From Azolla caroliniana (lineage: Eukaryota; Plantae; Polypodiophyta): a stretch of DNA of 64,000 nt. The notes under the pieces are model-generated. The model was not told the origin of the DNA, did not search any database, and saw nothing but the letters and a program-made list of their open reading frames with translations. How positions within the stretch are numbered: position 1 is the first letter of the stretch; each line of letters begins with the position of its first letter. Positions 1 through 12,620 of the stretch are shown in pieces. Position numbers and translations under genes: made by a program. The DNA is taken from the NCBI GenBank assembly GCA_043228905.1, contig JBHGNT010000012.1, positions 2,604,001 to 2,668,000 on the forward strand. The letters run 5' to 3'.

Positions 1-54
1 TTCTTAAAGTCTCAAACCTTGAACTTTCTGGCTTTTTTCCTAACACGCACATGA

Positions 55-100
55 ACACACACACACAAACACACACACAAACACACACACAAACACACAC
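55..100. repeat. (CA)n microsatellite
   Basis: Interrupted ACACACAC run. Confidence 0.9.
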
Positions 101-1131
101 AGAGCTAGAGGCAGACCCACATGTGGGTGACAACAATGATTCAGCGCATCCATTGCTCACGATCTCTTTTTGCCTGTCTCGATGCTCTTTGCAGCACCTG
201 ACCTCTTCTTGCATGTTCCTGTATGTCTAAATCTTAGAATCCATTTGCATATTTCCTGATTGTTCCCTTATATATAGCTTAACCAAACAACATGAACGAC
301 AAAAATGTGACTCGGCTCGGCGACCCTCAAATAACCTCCACTAGTCATCCAATGCAACAACTGAACAGGCAAACTCAAAACACATAGTTTTTCTGGCTAA
401 CTGGATCCAATGTTTTTTGGGATCTCTGTCTCATTCTCCAACTCCAAAGTTCATAAATGTACCTATGCCCATAGTCCTTTAAGAACTCCCTGCCAGCATC
501 ACACTAAAAGAAAAAGAAAAAACCGGTGTTAAAGGTAAAGAATTCTCACATGATTCAAGAGCAAACATGGTATGTGATAATTTAAGACATGTTCAAAAGC
601 TTCGTCCTTATAATTGATGATAATTTTGAAAAAATTGGACTCATCTAGATGAATGTGAGTTGAAATATAGATGTGGGCATTAGTATTATGTATGGAACTT
701 CCTGTAGTCTAGGGCCTTGCGATGTTTTTCCTGTTCCACTAGGTCAGGTGAATTTTACTTCATGAATGAAGATAACAGTGTGCCGTTTGTAATGGGAAGA
801 TAAGCAAAGAAAATATTGTCTCATAACATAGCTTGCACAAATCTCCTCTCAAATTCTTGGTTGGTTACAATGACAGATGGGAAAAGATGTAGTAACATTC
901 TTATCATGGGCTGTTGAGCCAGAGATGGAGGAGAGGAAACTGGTGAGTTAGTGCTGTTAACTTGGATTTGATCAGTAATAAATCGTGTTTGTTTTGATTA
1001 ATTATGATATTTATTCATACAGATGGGCTTCAAAGTAATGTTAGTGCTTTTCTTAGCCCTTTTGCAAGCAGGTTACTATAAAAGGTGGAAATGGGCACCA
1101 CTGAAGTCGAGGAAATTAGTTGTGGATGTCA

Positions 1132-1327
1132 TTAACTAAACCTTAGATTCAGTTAAGCCAGAGAAATTTAAATTGTTACACTGTGAATAATAACAAGGAG
1201 GTTATGACTTTGTTGGCTTGCATGAATCCTTAACTAAACCTTAGATTCAGTTAAGCCATAGAAATTTAAATTGTTACATTGTGAATAATCACCAGGAGGT
1301 TATAACTTTGTTGGCTTGCATGAATCC
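1132..1327. repeat. Tandem duplication, 2 x 98 bp
   Basis: TTAACTAAACCTTAGATTCAG...GCATGAATCC at 1132-1229 and 1230-1327, with few substitutions. Confidence 0.92.
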
Positions 1328-1365
1328 AATTCATGGATGGTGTAAACATATGGTTTCTGAATAAT

Positions 1366-1771
1366 GGAAAGCGCTATTTGCTCCCCCATTTTGGCTATCC
1401 TCCCCTCCCCAATTTTTTTTACAATTTCTGATAGTTCTCACCTCGTTCAGCAACATGTCTCAACAAGCATCTTCAGCTTCAATTATCGATAAAACCTTCA
1501 CTAAGAGAGGGGCTCTGATCAGTTTTATCAAGGACCATTTCCGTGCTCAGAATATCATTGTTGTATTGGATAAGCAGAGTACTCTACCAGTCGCAAATGT
1601 TCCATATGTGGTCAAGCTGGTCACAATGCACGCACTTGCGATATGCGAGAATCTGAGCTATGCTGAGATTATTAATTAATTAATAAACAATTTCATTTGG
1701 TTATATTAGGTTCTATAAATTTAGGGGGGGGGGGGGGATAGCCAAAATGGGGGGGCAAATAGCGCTTTTCC
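1366..1771 (+). mobile_element. Non-autonomous, internally deleted Mutator-like (MULE) element
   Basis: TIRs of about 40 bp: GGAAAGCGCTATTTGCTCCCCCATTTTGGCTATCC / GGATAGCCAAAATGGGGGGGCAAATAGCGCTTTTCC. Flanked by ATAAT direct repeats. The interior encodes RKCSICGQAGHNARTC (1592-1639), a zinc knuckle typical of MULE transposase C-termini. Confidence 0.75.
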
Positions 1772-2716
1772 ATAATTTATTGGAAAAAGTTAGGGCCCAT
1801 GAATTTGTGTTCATTGGTTTCTAAATTAATATAATCATTGATCAATATAGAAAAGCTGGTTGACTGACCTACCTTTCGTTCTATGTTGTATAGTGAAAAC
1901 TCTCCGTATTATTTTGTTGTGGCATTCAAATACCGAAGCTTTTACTGATATTTTTATGAGAATGTAGTTTGCTACTGAAAGGACAGTTCCCGAACAAGTT
2001 GATCATGCTAGTATGTTTTGGAGTTGATTTAATTGTTTCTATGTGAGCCATAAATTGACTATAGTTATTTGCTGTACTGGGTTTTATAAATCAACATTTC
2101 AGGTTTTTGCGTTAAATGTGTACTGTCTTTTACCATAATTAACATAATTAATCTGAAATATCATGAACACACAAAATGTTGGTTAATTCTTCATATACTG
2201 GTTAGATTGTAATGGAGGAGATGCTTTTACTACAAAGAGAATGAATGGAACATGCAGATGTTCTGTTTCTAATCCTGTTGCAATCACCTATTAGGAGAGA
2301 AAATTTTAAAATTCAGGGGTTCACTTCAGCTTCTTCTTAATGTTTTGAAAGTGTCCTTTGTTTATTGTGTTGGTGTCAAATCTATTTCTGTAATACAAGC
2401 AAAGCAATGGAGTGTAGAGTACCATACTATGGTTCCAAAAGCAACTGAGCGTAGAGTAACAAGCTATGGTTCCCTTAACTGAATCAATTTGTTTTCTTTG
2501 ATTTCTTTGCAAAAGATGCAAGTTGTCTTTTTATACGAGGTTTACTTGCACCAATCCATTTTGTCAGTGTTTTCTTTGAGCTTCTAGCCAACATTAAGAC
2601 TCCAAGACACCATATAAGAGTGAAGTACAAACAAAAGGGGAAAAAATGCAATACTACGGATAAAAACGTGGAGAGCAACAAATAGGTGTTACATTAATCA
2701 ATCCTGTGACATTAGA

Positions 2717-2940
2717 ATGGCAACCTATAATTTGCTCATGAGCTATGCTGCAGTTCCGAACATGTATTTTGCTGAAACTGAGCAAAGGCTCATGAGACAA
2801 TTAGCAAGTACGCAGACAATTTACAAGTATGGCAACCTATAATTTGCTCATGAGCTATGCTGCAGTTCCGAACATGTATTTTGCTGAAACTGAGCTACGG
2901 TTCATGAGACAATTACCAAGTACACAGACAATTTACAAGT
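2717..2940. repeat. Tandem duplication, 2 x 112 bp
   Basis: ATGGCAACCTATAATTTG...ATTTACAAGT at 2717-2828 and 2829-2940. Confidence 0.92.
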
Positions 2941-3612
2941 ACATGACCAAGTATCATCATGTTTCCACATGGGAACATCACAATGACAAGTCACTACCAG
3001 CATCATCTTCTATGCCATGGCAACAGAATAAGCATCCAGCGCAACTATTATCCTGTTTATGCAAGTCACAAGATCGACCAGATTACAGATTACACATGGT
3101 TATAACTTTCCTACGCATTTCCAGAACAGATCTGATTCATGTTCTACATTCAGAATTGCATCACAAACCATTCAATTGCCTCATGAATGATCACAAAATT
3201 GCTTTGAAACAAGCAGCAGTGCAATAAGACATACACTTAACAGTCACAACTCCCCAATTGTCTGTTTTATTAGATAACCTGAGCTATAGATGTATTGGTG
3301 TGCAATAAAGCCCTCACTTCCGCGTGATGTGCACAAAATTCATTAGGAACACTTCTGCCTCACAAAACCTTATCATTTATGTAGATACCACAGCGAATCG
3401 TTTTGCTATGAAATCTCTTCCACAAGATACAAGTCTTTCATGAATTAGAGAAAAGATGGCTATGACAATAGCTTTCACAAAATGCAGCCAGCAGAACAAA
3501 AAATAATCAAGACAAAAGAGTTCAATGTCAACAAAGAAGCATCCATTTATAGGATCCAGCTAGAAAATAAGAAAATAACCATTCGGGAAAAAAATAATAA
3601 TCACTAATTAAT

Positions 3613-5952
3613 TTACTTTATGTATTGTGAGAGCCACTTGAAGCCATCTCCATAACCCATTTTCCGAACAATGCTGCACATGAAAACCTCGATTGGGCGC
3701 CTATCTGTATCTCCAAGGTTCACCTTTCCTTTGCCAGTGGTATAATTAGAGAGTCCTAAAAAGTACCTCAGCTCCTCTTCAGAAACAGCAATTGGTATAT
3801 CAATCTTGTTTCCTAGAATCAAGAAAGGCACAGTGGAGAGGGAATCATCGGAGAGCAACCCATCTAGTTCTTTCTTAGACTCGACAAATCTTTCTCTATC
3901 AGCAGCATCAACAAGATACACAATGCCGTCGACCTACAAATAATATAGAATCAAACAAACCACATTCCTTGATTGGAAGTTCCTTATTTCAAGTATACAT
4001 ACAACCATAATCAATCTACAAGAATATCTCGATGTTTTTTTGGGTTCTCTCTTTATTGGAATGGAAGAAACTCACTTTTACATGGACAGAATATTTACCT
4101 TAGCATAATAATCTTTCCAAACACGTCGAGCAATCTGATGTCCACCTAAATCGAAAGCTTTGAACTTAATTTTCCCAATGCTTAGCTCTTCTGAAGTAGG
4201 ATATTGTGTTGGTTGGTGCTGAACAAGCCTCTGTAGAACATCACAAAAGAAAATGGTATAGAAAACAAGGAGATGGACATACGATTTTTAATGATGGTCA
4301 AGACTCCAACTCTTAAAACACAGGATACATAGGATGCATGGGTGCTTCTTATCTTCCATACTTAACATTGTTAGCAAAGTCTCCAGACTAACATTAATCT
4401 AGTGTTGGTTCAATCTTACTAAAATCACAGGATGCTTATAGCCTACCAATTGTCTGAATCAATTGAACTGGGGGTATATTCCCCATTCCATGGATTTTTC
4501 CTATTGCCTTTCTATATGCACAACAAATATGTACGTCTAAATTAAAATTAATCTAGTGTTTGATTAAGACTCAACAACCACATAAAATCCTTCAAGGAGT
4601 TCCTTTCTTACTGAGGACACAACAAAGGATTACTGATTATTTTCTTTGTAAAAAATACAAGATAGAACCATTGCTAACCAATAAGAAAGACGATGATGAA
4701 AAAGGTAAGGAAAAACCTCAATATCTAGAAGGCACATCACATATGCCAATAGATCCAAATAGCTACAATCAACAAGAAACAAAAAGGTAACTGATGTTAC
4801 CAAACATTATAATCTAAGTCTCTCTCTTATGCCTAGAGAATGAATAAGGCCCTTGTATCACAGGTTAGAGTTAAACCTCCATGAGAGCTTGATCTAAAAT
4901 TTACCTATCCATCATATGCTCGGCTACATCAAATTACTATTGCGAAGAAGGCCATAAATCCAGAAGAGGAAACAAAAAATAGGCATAAATAAACAACAAA
5001 AAAAGAGGGGTTTGACAGCAATTGAGGAGTTGTCAATTTAAAAAAAAAGACTGCGATATATATAGGTAGCCAAAACCCTCTCAGAAAGGCAAGGAAACAT
5101 GTAAAAACAAAAAAAACAAGAAGATAGAGAAACCATAATATAGTGCCAGAAACGAGCATTTCCTGCAACATTAGTGTATTCCCCATAATCACAAGGAAAG
5201 ACTGAATATATTTAGATTTCCATCGCCCAATCATATCCACGTTTATCTTCACTTCATCATAACAAGGAAAGGCCAATTTTGGTCACACTTTCTCAGGAAA
5301 ACGAAATACTAAATAACTATATCTTGATTCGTTCAATAAGAATTCTCTTAGGAAGCCATCTTGGTGAATCAAAATTATAGAAGAATGTGGGCAATTCTTC
5401 TTCTTCTTCTTCTTATATATACATCTTCTGCACAACATTTTAGGAATGAGCTAGAATATTATGCATCCAGCATTTATCATAACATGTAAAAGCACAAATT
5501 TGAATCGAAACACATCCAAGCAGATAATTACATGTACCCATTTGAATATACGATTCGGGATTCTAGCCCACAAAAGATAAATGTAGGAAAGATTAAAATA
5601 GAACTTTTTTAACAGAACAAAGGCTTCTTGAATAGAGAAAAGATCCTAAAAAGAAAAAAAATCCTTCTTTAACAGAGAAAGAAACCATACTTAAAACCGG
5701 AAAACAAATGAAGTCTGCCTAGTAGAGGAGCAATAAAATCTAAAAATCATAGGAACGTAAAGAAGAAGAAGAAGAAAACAAACCCTACAAAAAAGACAGA
5801 CAGAAAGAACAAGTTTAACTTACCTCATCTTTCAGCATATGAAGCAAAGTGGTTTTTCCTGCATTATCGAGACCAAGGAAGAGGATTTTAGCTTCTTTCT
5901 GCCATAGCCCAAGAGAGGCAAGCACGCCATAGAACCAGTCGAAGAGGAACAT
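3613..5952 (-). CDS. SAR1: SAR1 small GTPase (COPII vesicle coat), 193 aa; exons 5824-5952, 4099-4230, 3613-3933
   Basis: Spliced translation [43 protein letters not shown] / [44 protein letters not shown] / [12 protein letters not shown]...GNKID...[10 protein letters not shown]1, G3 and G4 motifs intact. Both introns are GT-AG, phase 0. Confidence 0.98.
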
Positions 5953-6149
5953 GGCGGCGGGAGCGAGAGAAGAAATGGGAAAAGGATCTGTAATATAAAT
6001 AAATAAATAAATACATACATAAATAAATAAATAAATAATGATGGGTCCTCAACAGATCCTCGCCATAGCTCCTCTTTTTACTCTCTCACTCTTCTCTTTC
6101 TCCAACTCCCCTAAAATAATGTATATCTAGTATTAGAAGTAGTAGTGGT

Positions 6150-6184
<35 letters not shown>

Positions 6185-6281
6185 GGTAGGCTAGAAATCA
6201 ATTGCTTTGCTTGAATGTCTTCACATGGGCAAGGAGCAAAGTTCTTTGAGATGGAAGCAAAGCTCTTCGAGATAGAGTGTG

Positions 6282-6906
6282 TCGACAGATCAATATCTTA
6301 TTGATCTATGGTGGAAAACCAATGCAAGTACATAATAGGGGTTGTTGATCCATCAATCTAGACTTATTGATCTATGGTGGATAACCAATGCAAGTAATAG
6401 GGGTTTTTGACTGATCAATCTCAGATTGATTTATGGCAGAGAACCAATGCAAGTAATAGGGGTTGTTGACCAATCAATCTCTTACTGATCTATGGTGGAA
6501 AACCAATGCATGTAATAGGGGTTGTCGATCGATTACTCTCTTACTAATCTATGATGGAAAGCCAATGCAAAGCTAATTAGCTACATCAGAATATGATCAT
6601 AGCTAACTAGCTATTGGTAATAGCTAATTAGCTATTGGTAATAGGTAATTAGCTACTCTTAATAGCTAAGTAGCTACTCTTAATAGCCAAGGTTTAATGG
6701 AAAGCTTGAATACAGTACGTGGGAAGTAATAGGGGTTGTCGATCGATCAATCTCTTATTGAGTTGTGGTGGAAAACCAATGCAAGTAATAGGGGTTGTCG
6801 ACCGATCAATTTCTTACCGATCTATAGTGGAAAACCAATGCAAGTAATAAGGGTTGCCGACTGATCAATCTCTTACTGATCTATGGTGGAGAACCGATGC
6901 AAGTAA
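6282..6906. repeat. Minisatellite of about 56 bp upstream of SAR1, about 8-9 copies
   Basis: Unit GATCAATCTCTTA(T/C)TGATCTATGGTGGAAAACCAATGCAAGTAATAGGGGTTGTCGAC, interrupted at about 6571-6720. Confidence 0.88.
6571..6688. repeat. Short array of TAGCTAATTAGCTA palindrome variants
   Basis: Five degenerate copies, with GCTACTCTTAATAGC spacers resembling those in the Sola2 intron at about 52900. Confidence 0.8.
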
Positions 6907-7777
6907 CTCGATGATTTTTCCGTAGCATCATCAGATCATGGATATCATTTTCTCGCCATGTACACTTGTACACCCATCCACAATAGGTGAGCTTCGTCAT
7001 GGCCTTGCTCCATTGCAACAATCAACATCGGTTACCATGCCCCCTAGCCACCACTCGTCCTTTACATTGTAGTAGTTATTAACTTCATGCTTGCCAAAGC
7101 GTCCCAAGATTGACCACCAATTGTAAAGCCACCTCATGCATTAAGATCATCGCCATAGATCTTTAGGCAAACTAGAGCTTTTAATTTTGTTTCAATATGG
7201 ACAACTTGAATTCCTCCATGTTTGTAATCATGATTTTTCTCATGCACCAAATTTGATCTCTCTATCTTAGGATGCGCCTCATAGAATCCCACTCGCGTGT
7301 CCAAGTCAAAACTATCATCACCATGATCATGTGTTTATGTTACCACATTTGTGTGTTCTCTCAATGTCATGTCTTTCTCCATCATCCAATGTACTTATGT
7401 AACCCATCACAGGTTTTGACAACACTAGGTTACATCATTGTGGACAATAACATTCATCCATTGCGTAAATGCAAAGTTCTTGCGTTGGATTGCCATCATT
7501 TAGATGTATTGTTTCTTTGTTGGTTGTTGTGAGCTACTGATTCATTTCGTTCAATGTGTTTTCGAGGGCTACATTCATCGTTGATATATGTCCTCTCTCC
7601 ATCTCAACTCGATTATATTATTTTACAATAGAGCTTTTTGTTGTGTCATGTTGATCATTCCCTTGGTATGTTGTAGTGATCAAGTTGTGTCCTTGTGTAG
7701 TGAGTTGCCCTTTTGGTGTGCTACCCTCGTGTGATGTGTTCTTCTTGTGTAGTGTGTTGCTCATTGTAGTGTGTTAC

Positions 7778-8174
7778 TGTTAAGAATCAAGCTCAACTTG
7801 GTCTAATGTGTGAACTCACCTTGAGAGTGAATAGACACTCCAACGGTCAAGAGTCACCATTACGTCACCACCTTGTATTCTAGCATTTAGTATGAGTCAT
7901 AGAATCATATTCTATGACACATAACTTATGAGCTTTCACATTCCCCATGCTCCATGAGTCTTGTAGTTAATGAAGAGAGAGGGTGACTATATAAAGCACC
8001 CTCCTCCCACCTTGTAAAATGTTGAGTCTTTCTCCTTTGTTAATATACTTTACCTTGCGTATTCTCTGTGTCTTACTCCTTGTCTCTCTCATTCTCTCAT
8101 TCTCTCACTCTCTCATACACACACACAGTTCATATCTATTCCACTGCACAAAATCCATCTCTTGATTCTTTACA
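7778..8174 (+). repeat. 5' LTR of Copia A
   Basis: TGTTAAGAATC...TCTTTACA, matches 21643-22024. Confidence 0.93.
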
Positions 8175-8340
8175 TGGTATCAGAGCGACTTGGTAGCTCA
8201 ATCTAGCCCATCCGCGTGCATTGTGTCCTACGCCGACGACCAAGAACCGGCTCATCGCTATCGTAGCTTCGTTACATAGCTCGCATTCGAAGAGAGAAGA
8301 AGAAGAAGAAGAAGAAGAAGAAGAAGAAGAAGAAGACATA

Positions 8341-10765
8341 ATGAATACTCAAATGGGGAGCGCTTTCCCTACCGAGAAGTTGGATCGAAACAACTTCGCA
8401 TCTTGGGAGTACAAGATGCACCAGTACCTTGTCGGACAAGGCTATTGGAGCTACATCAAAGGAGCGCACGAAGACTGACCCATCGAAACGGCTCTCGGAT
8501 ACGCGACATGGGAGCAAGCCGCAACTTGCGTGATGTATTGCTTGGCGACATGTGTTCATGATCACATGCTCGACTACATTCGCGAAGCCAAGACACCGAA
8601 GGAGGCATGGGAAAATCTACGAAAGATTTTCGCGGCAAACACAACCGCAAGAAGGCTTCAACTTTGCCAAGAGTTGAACAACATTCAACAAAGGGACATG
8701 TCCATCACGACATACACCTTGAAGATCAAGGAGCTTTGCGACTCGCTTGGCTCGATAAGCATAAATATCGATGATGATGAGATGGTGCAAATATGCCTCG
8801 GCGGCCTCGCACCACGGTTCGGCGCGATGCGAACTGCCGTTCTAGCAAGGGAGAAATCTCCCTCCTTCAAGCTCCAATCAATGCTATTGGTTGAAGAAAA
8901 CCACGTGCGTACAAGGAGCAATGAGTCAGAAGGCCACATGCTCTACACGCACTCGAATAGAGGAAGAGGATGCAGACGAGCGAGAGGCCGATTCGGCCAA
9001 GGACAAGGCGAACGAGGTCCGACCTACGACAACAACTCCCAATTTCGGTCGCAAAACGGAAGCCAACGAGGAACCTTCGCAAGAAGGGGGAGCTTCCACT
9101 CCGGCCCGAGCCGTCAAAACACAACCGAATGTGGATATTGCGGAAAGCTCGGCCACCACGAAGAAGAGTGCTGAAAGAAGATGCGCGAATCGGTTTCCAC
9201 AAGCCGGCAACTCACGAACTACGCGCACAATTCCGACTACGAAGAGTATAGCGGAATGTACGGGCACAACTCCGACTACGAAGATCGTGGCGGAATGTAT
9301 GCACACAACTCCGACTGTGGCGGAATGTTCATGATGAAACATAGAGCAAACTCTATGTCGGCCTCTACCTCAACTAGTGCCCTCAATCCGGAGGACGTAT
9401 GGTTTGTTGACTCTGGAGCCCCAAACCATATGACATCTCATAAAGAATGGTTTCTCGAACTTCGAGAGCCGGAGCGACCCAGTTATGTCAAAACCGGAGA
9501 TGACACTATGCACCCGATTTGTCACATCGGCAATGTTCTGTTCGGCGAAAGAGGTAAGCAAACATACATTAAAAATGTCTTGCATGTTCCCACCATCACG
9601 AAGAATTTGGTCTCGGTCAGCCAAATGGTTGAGCAAGGGATGCAAGTACGATTCGACCAAGAAGGGTGATTCATCGAAAAAGAGGGCCGAATCATCGCAC
9701 GCAGAAGAAGAGAGGGCCGGATGTTCATTCTCGATTCACACGAGATGAAATCCGCCATCTTCACAAAAAGCACGAAAGCCGACTCCGACATAGAGCTATG
9801 GCACAAGTGAATCAGCCACATTAATCTCAACAAACTCAGAGCAATGAAATTGAAAGGAGTCTTCATCGGACTCTCGACATTCAAAGAGAAGGAGATTGAA
9901 GGTGTATGCGAAGCGTGCCAATTCGGCAAGCAACACCGACACCCATTCCCGAAAGAGTGGAACGTGATCAAAGGTCGCTCGACATCGACGTATGGGGACC
10001 GACGCATACGGCTACATTCGGCGGATGCCAATATCACGTGCTCTTCATCGATGACTTCTCCAGACCCACGTGGCTCTATCCGATGCGGCAAAAGAGCAAA
10101 GTGTTCCGACACTTCCAAAGGTTTAAAAATGAAGTAAAAAAAGCCACTGGTCATCATGTACGATGCCTTCTATCAGATGGCGGCAAGGAGTACTTCTCGG
10201 ATGATTTCATGGTGTATCTCCAAAAGGAAGGAATTTGGCGAGAATTCACTTGCTGACACACTCCGCAACACAACGGAGTAGCTGAGCGCAAAAATCGGCA
10301 CATCCTAGAAGTAGCGCGGGCCATGATGAACGAGAAGCATATGCCCAAGTCATATTGGGCCGAAGCTGCAAATACGGCCGTCTACCTAATGAACCAGTGC
10401 ACAACATCTGGAGTGCACAAGGTCACTTTGCACGAAAAATACTTGGGAAAAAAGCCGGACTTATCGCACACCTGGATATTCGGCGCGATAGCATACGTGC
10501 ACATCCCCGATGAGAATCGTCAAAAGCTTGACCCGAAGTCAGAGAAATGTATCCTCGTAGGATACAAACTGGAGCAAAAGGGGTACAAGTGCTACAACCC
10601 CTCAACTCGAAAATCTTGAGTAAGTTGAGACGTCGTTTTTGACGAGTCCGCATCCTGGTACGCACTAGAGACAACTTCGACTCCGACTTCGCTCGACTTA
10701 GAATCCGGCGAACAAGAGATAGAGGATGAAGATCGCCTTACGCACATGTTCGAAGAAAGTCCGCT
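8341..10765 (+). pseudogene. Copia A gag, protease and integrase (stops and frameshifts)
   Basis: EKLDRNNFASW gag start, CGYCGKLGHHEEEC knuckle, WFVDSGA protease, CEACQFGKQ and DVWGP...FIDDFSR...SDGGKEY integrase, KLDPKSEKCILVGY. Confidence 0.93.
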
Positions 10766-12588
10766 TGTTACCCCGTACGAGACGTATGGAGAGTCAAGTG
10801 TGATGAGCGAGGGTCGAATGTTATCATGATGTTGTTGTGTATGTGTAGGGGGCATAAATGTAATTGTGAGTCTATACGTATGTGAACACATGCACACGTG
10901 TGTGCATGTGGATGGATACGAGGAGGTGTGAGTGAGTGTCCAGTATGAATGCTCGAGGGGGCTTACACCCCTATGTATCTACCCCCTCTTGTACTATTTA
11001 ACCCCTTCTGGGGAATGAATGAAAAGAATAACCATTTCTCTCTTAATCTCTCTCTCCCTCTCTCTCTCCCTCTCTCTCTTCCCTCCCCTTAACGTTGAAC
11101 CCCCTTGGGAGGGGGGTGGAGCCATTCTAGGCACCACCCCCCACCCCGCAATGCTTCTCAATGCTTGTCAACATCTTCTTGATCTCTCTCACCATCATAC
11201 TCTCCATCGTCATCATACCCACCATGTCTATCTTTATCATCAATCATCATGATTATCATAAATGTTAATCCTAACCCTAAAACTAACAACATCTTTTGGC
11301 GACCACTAAGGCGACCCCCTTTTGGAGATGAAGTCAAAGACTAATACGCAACAGAGACATGGCAACAATGAAATGCAGCAAAAGGCTACAATTATGTGCG
11401 AAAGAAATCGAAAATGGAAGATTGATTGCCATACAATTCTACAACAAATTAATCTCTATATATGTGTGTTTTATTTGGTCTGTTTTTGTCATAAATGTCC
11501 GAGAAATGTTGCCAAAAATGTACGGGACGCATTGTGAGTGTGCGAGAATGGCAACAACATATGTGCAAATTTGCAGTTAGCAATGTGTGTGTGCAAGAAA
11601 GCATGGTGCGAGAGACAACCAGAAAGACGGAGACAAGTAACTAGAAAGACGGCCAGACGGACAACGGAGCAAGAACCGACACAGAAACTCTGGTTAGAAG
11701 GGAGCCGGTGCTAGCACTACTGGAAAGAGATGCCCACCAAGAGATTGTGGAGGAAGACGTAGTGTGTGGAGCGGAGGCCGACAGGATGTGCTGAGAATGC
11801 ACGGGACTAGAATCGGAAGTGTTCACAGTGTCCAAAAGAAGCACCGCGAAGAGAGTCGGAACTAGAACCAAAGTTGGTTAGCACCGAAGCGTCCGTAATG
11901 GCCGGACGACAGTTGGAAAGCTTGCTGGAGTAGATGACTGAAACAACGACAATGACGCTGAAAAGCGATGGACGGAGAGATAACCGTCAGACATCAACGA
12001 CAGAACGACAACCGGATGATGACTGAACAGAGTGGCCAAGTGACGAACCAAACACATGGTCGGAAGATGATGACGACGACCGGACACCGACAGAGACGAA
12101 GACTACAACTGAAATGCACAACCAGGGCAATGACAACGGCCAGACGATGGGACATCGACACCGAAAAGTGACAAAGACGATGGCAACGACGGACAACAGG
12201 TTGACGGTCACAGAGGAAGAAACGGTACGAAATGATACAAAAGAAGGAACTAGAACACATAGAGAAGAAAGTGCAGAGTATAGAAGACAAGGAATAGACC
12301 AGAAAATGGAAAGAAATGACGGGAACTGGTCGTTCCTTATGCGCAACACTCGGCCACAACCAAGCTTAGAATGATACACAGAAAACGGGAAATAAGACGC
12401 GACACAAAGAAGAAGAAAAAATACACAGAAGGTTTACGTGGAAAACCCCAAACTAGGGGAAAAACCACGGCAACCCATAGGCTGCAAACTGTCACTATGT
12501 AAGAATGTACAAAACAGTGAGTTCACGGAGGCAACGACCTCGGACTCACGATCTTCGCCACAGGCGGCGGTTACAACAGAGGCAACGA

Positions 12589-12620
<32 letters not shown>

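Noticed and set aside
101-190. Possible miRNA hairpin (miR156/miR535-like words)
   Set aside because: Arms pair poorly and there is no convincing match to a mature miRNA I know.
2829-3227. 132-aa ORF downstream of SAR1
   Set aside because: Starts inside a tandem duplication, has no recognisable domain, and lies antisense to the SAR1 3' region.
4560-5276. ORFs within SAR1 intron 1
   Set aside because: Low-complexity translations of AT-rich intron sequence.
11600-12340. Overlapping ORFs inside element B
   Set aside because: Purine-biased low-complexity sequence with no gag, pol or env motifs.
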